A stretch of 45,100 nucleotides of DNA from Saprolegnia diclina VS20 (taxonomy: Eukaryota): NCBI RefSeq assembly GCF_000281045.1, contig NW_008246081.1, positions 62,001-107,100 on the forward strand, in the 5' to 3' direction. How positions within the stretch are numbered: the stretch's first letter is position 1; every line of letters begins with the position of its first letter. Of the stretch, positions 44,429 through 45,100 are shown piece after piece. A model generated the notes under the pieces. It did no database searches. It was not told where the DNA came from and saw only the letters and a list, made by a program, of their open reading frames with translations. Both the position numbers and the translations under genes were made by a program.

Positions 44429-45100
44429 CAGCAAGATCCGCTGAGCTACGCGCTCGGGACAACGTCGTCGGCGCGCCGTCCGGACGTTAATTCGTACGTT
44501 GGCGTCTGCTCGTACTGCAAGGGTGAATACAGCGCAGTGACGCGCCGGCTCTTGTACGCGGGCAACGAGAGCTTACAGCGCTGCAGCCTCTGCGGCGAGG
44601 TGCTTCGAGCGGACATTTACTTCAAGAACGCGTTTGAGACAATTGCGTTTGATGTGCCACTGCGCAACATCCTCGCGTCGTGTCCCCAGCGTCTCTGTCG
44701 GCGCCAGTTCTCGCTGCTTGAGATGCTGCACCTGCATTTACGCTACGAGGCAGTCATTTGCAGCACGTGCGGCACCTCTGTTGCGTACGAGACACACCAG
44801 TTGGCAACGTTCATCCGCGAGCACCCCGGCATCGACTTTGAGACCGCGCGCCCGAGCTATGGCTCGTTTACAAGCCGGATGCGCACCGAACGAGAGATCC
44901 CGATCGACGGACTCTGGTCGACCTACCTCGAGCACTCCAAGGTAGCGTTCGCGGCGCGCGTTGCAGATGATGCACTGGACGCTGCGGCTCTCACCGAAGC
45001 GATGCGTCGGGCCGTCGCCATGATCCGCGCCCACGACAACGGCGCTTTTCCCATCGACCTCGTCCGCGCCATGCACCGCGACCTGCGCTTCGTCGCCCAG
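44429..45100 (+). CDS. Partial gene (both ends outside readable sequence), DUF1399/glycine-rich-domain-protein-like with CxxC pairs
   Basis: Open frame of 224 codons from the gap to the window end, absent from the ORF track because it has no stop. CSYC, CSLC, CP..LC, CSTC and terminal GAFPIDLVRAMHRDLRFV resembling the DUF1399 'DLV.AV.RQ..F' motif. Confidence 0.65.

Noticed and set aside
43755..44462. ORFs spanning poly-X
   Set aside because: Artefacts of the N gap.

Overview
Gene-dense, GC-rich eukaryotic DNA with very short (40-53 bp) GT-AG introns. Gene families and promoter motifs point to an oomycete, probably Saprolegniales (inference). About 21 protein-coding genes can be reconstructed: a bZIP-like/START-like family gene, a Nod19-like membrane protein, a small mucin-like membrane protein, a membrane-anchored cathepsin X, QPRTase, a GNAT, a PDZ-containing unknown, a degenerate cyclophilin, an ankyrin-FYVE protein, RPA12, phosphatidylserine synthase, a ~3900-aa RCC1/SPRY/HECT E3 ligase, an ankyrin-like CaaX protein, sarcosine/dimethylglycine dehydrogenase, SmpB, a PX-VPS9 GEF, a coiled-coil protein, a secreted mucin, several unknowns, and a partial DUF1399-like gene after a 555-N gap. 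Highlights: (1) a spliced nuclear smpB with a mitochondrial-type presequence that the ORF track shows only in part; (2) a palindromic TATCCGGA(TA) motif recurring just upstream of gene starts; (3) a cathepsin X and its protease-less neighbour built from homologous phase-1 exon modules; (4) a copper-monooxygenase-like ligand set in the Nod19 protein; (5) a probably catalytically dead mitochondrial cyclophilin. All exon structures were read by eye. No tRNA, rRNA or CRISPR array was recognised.
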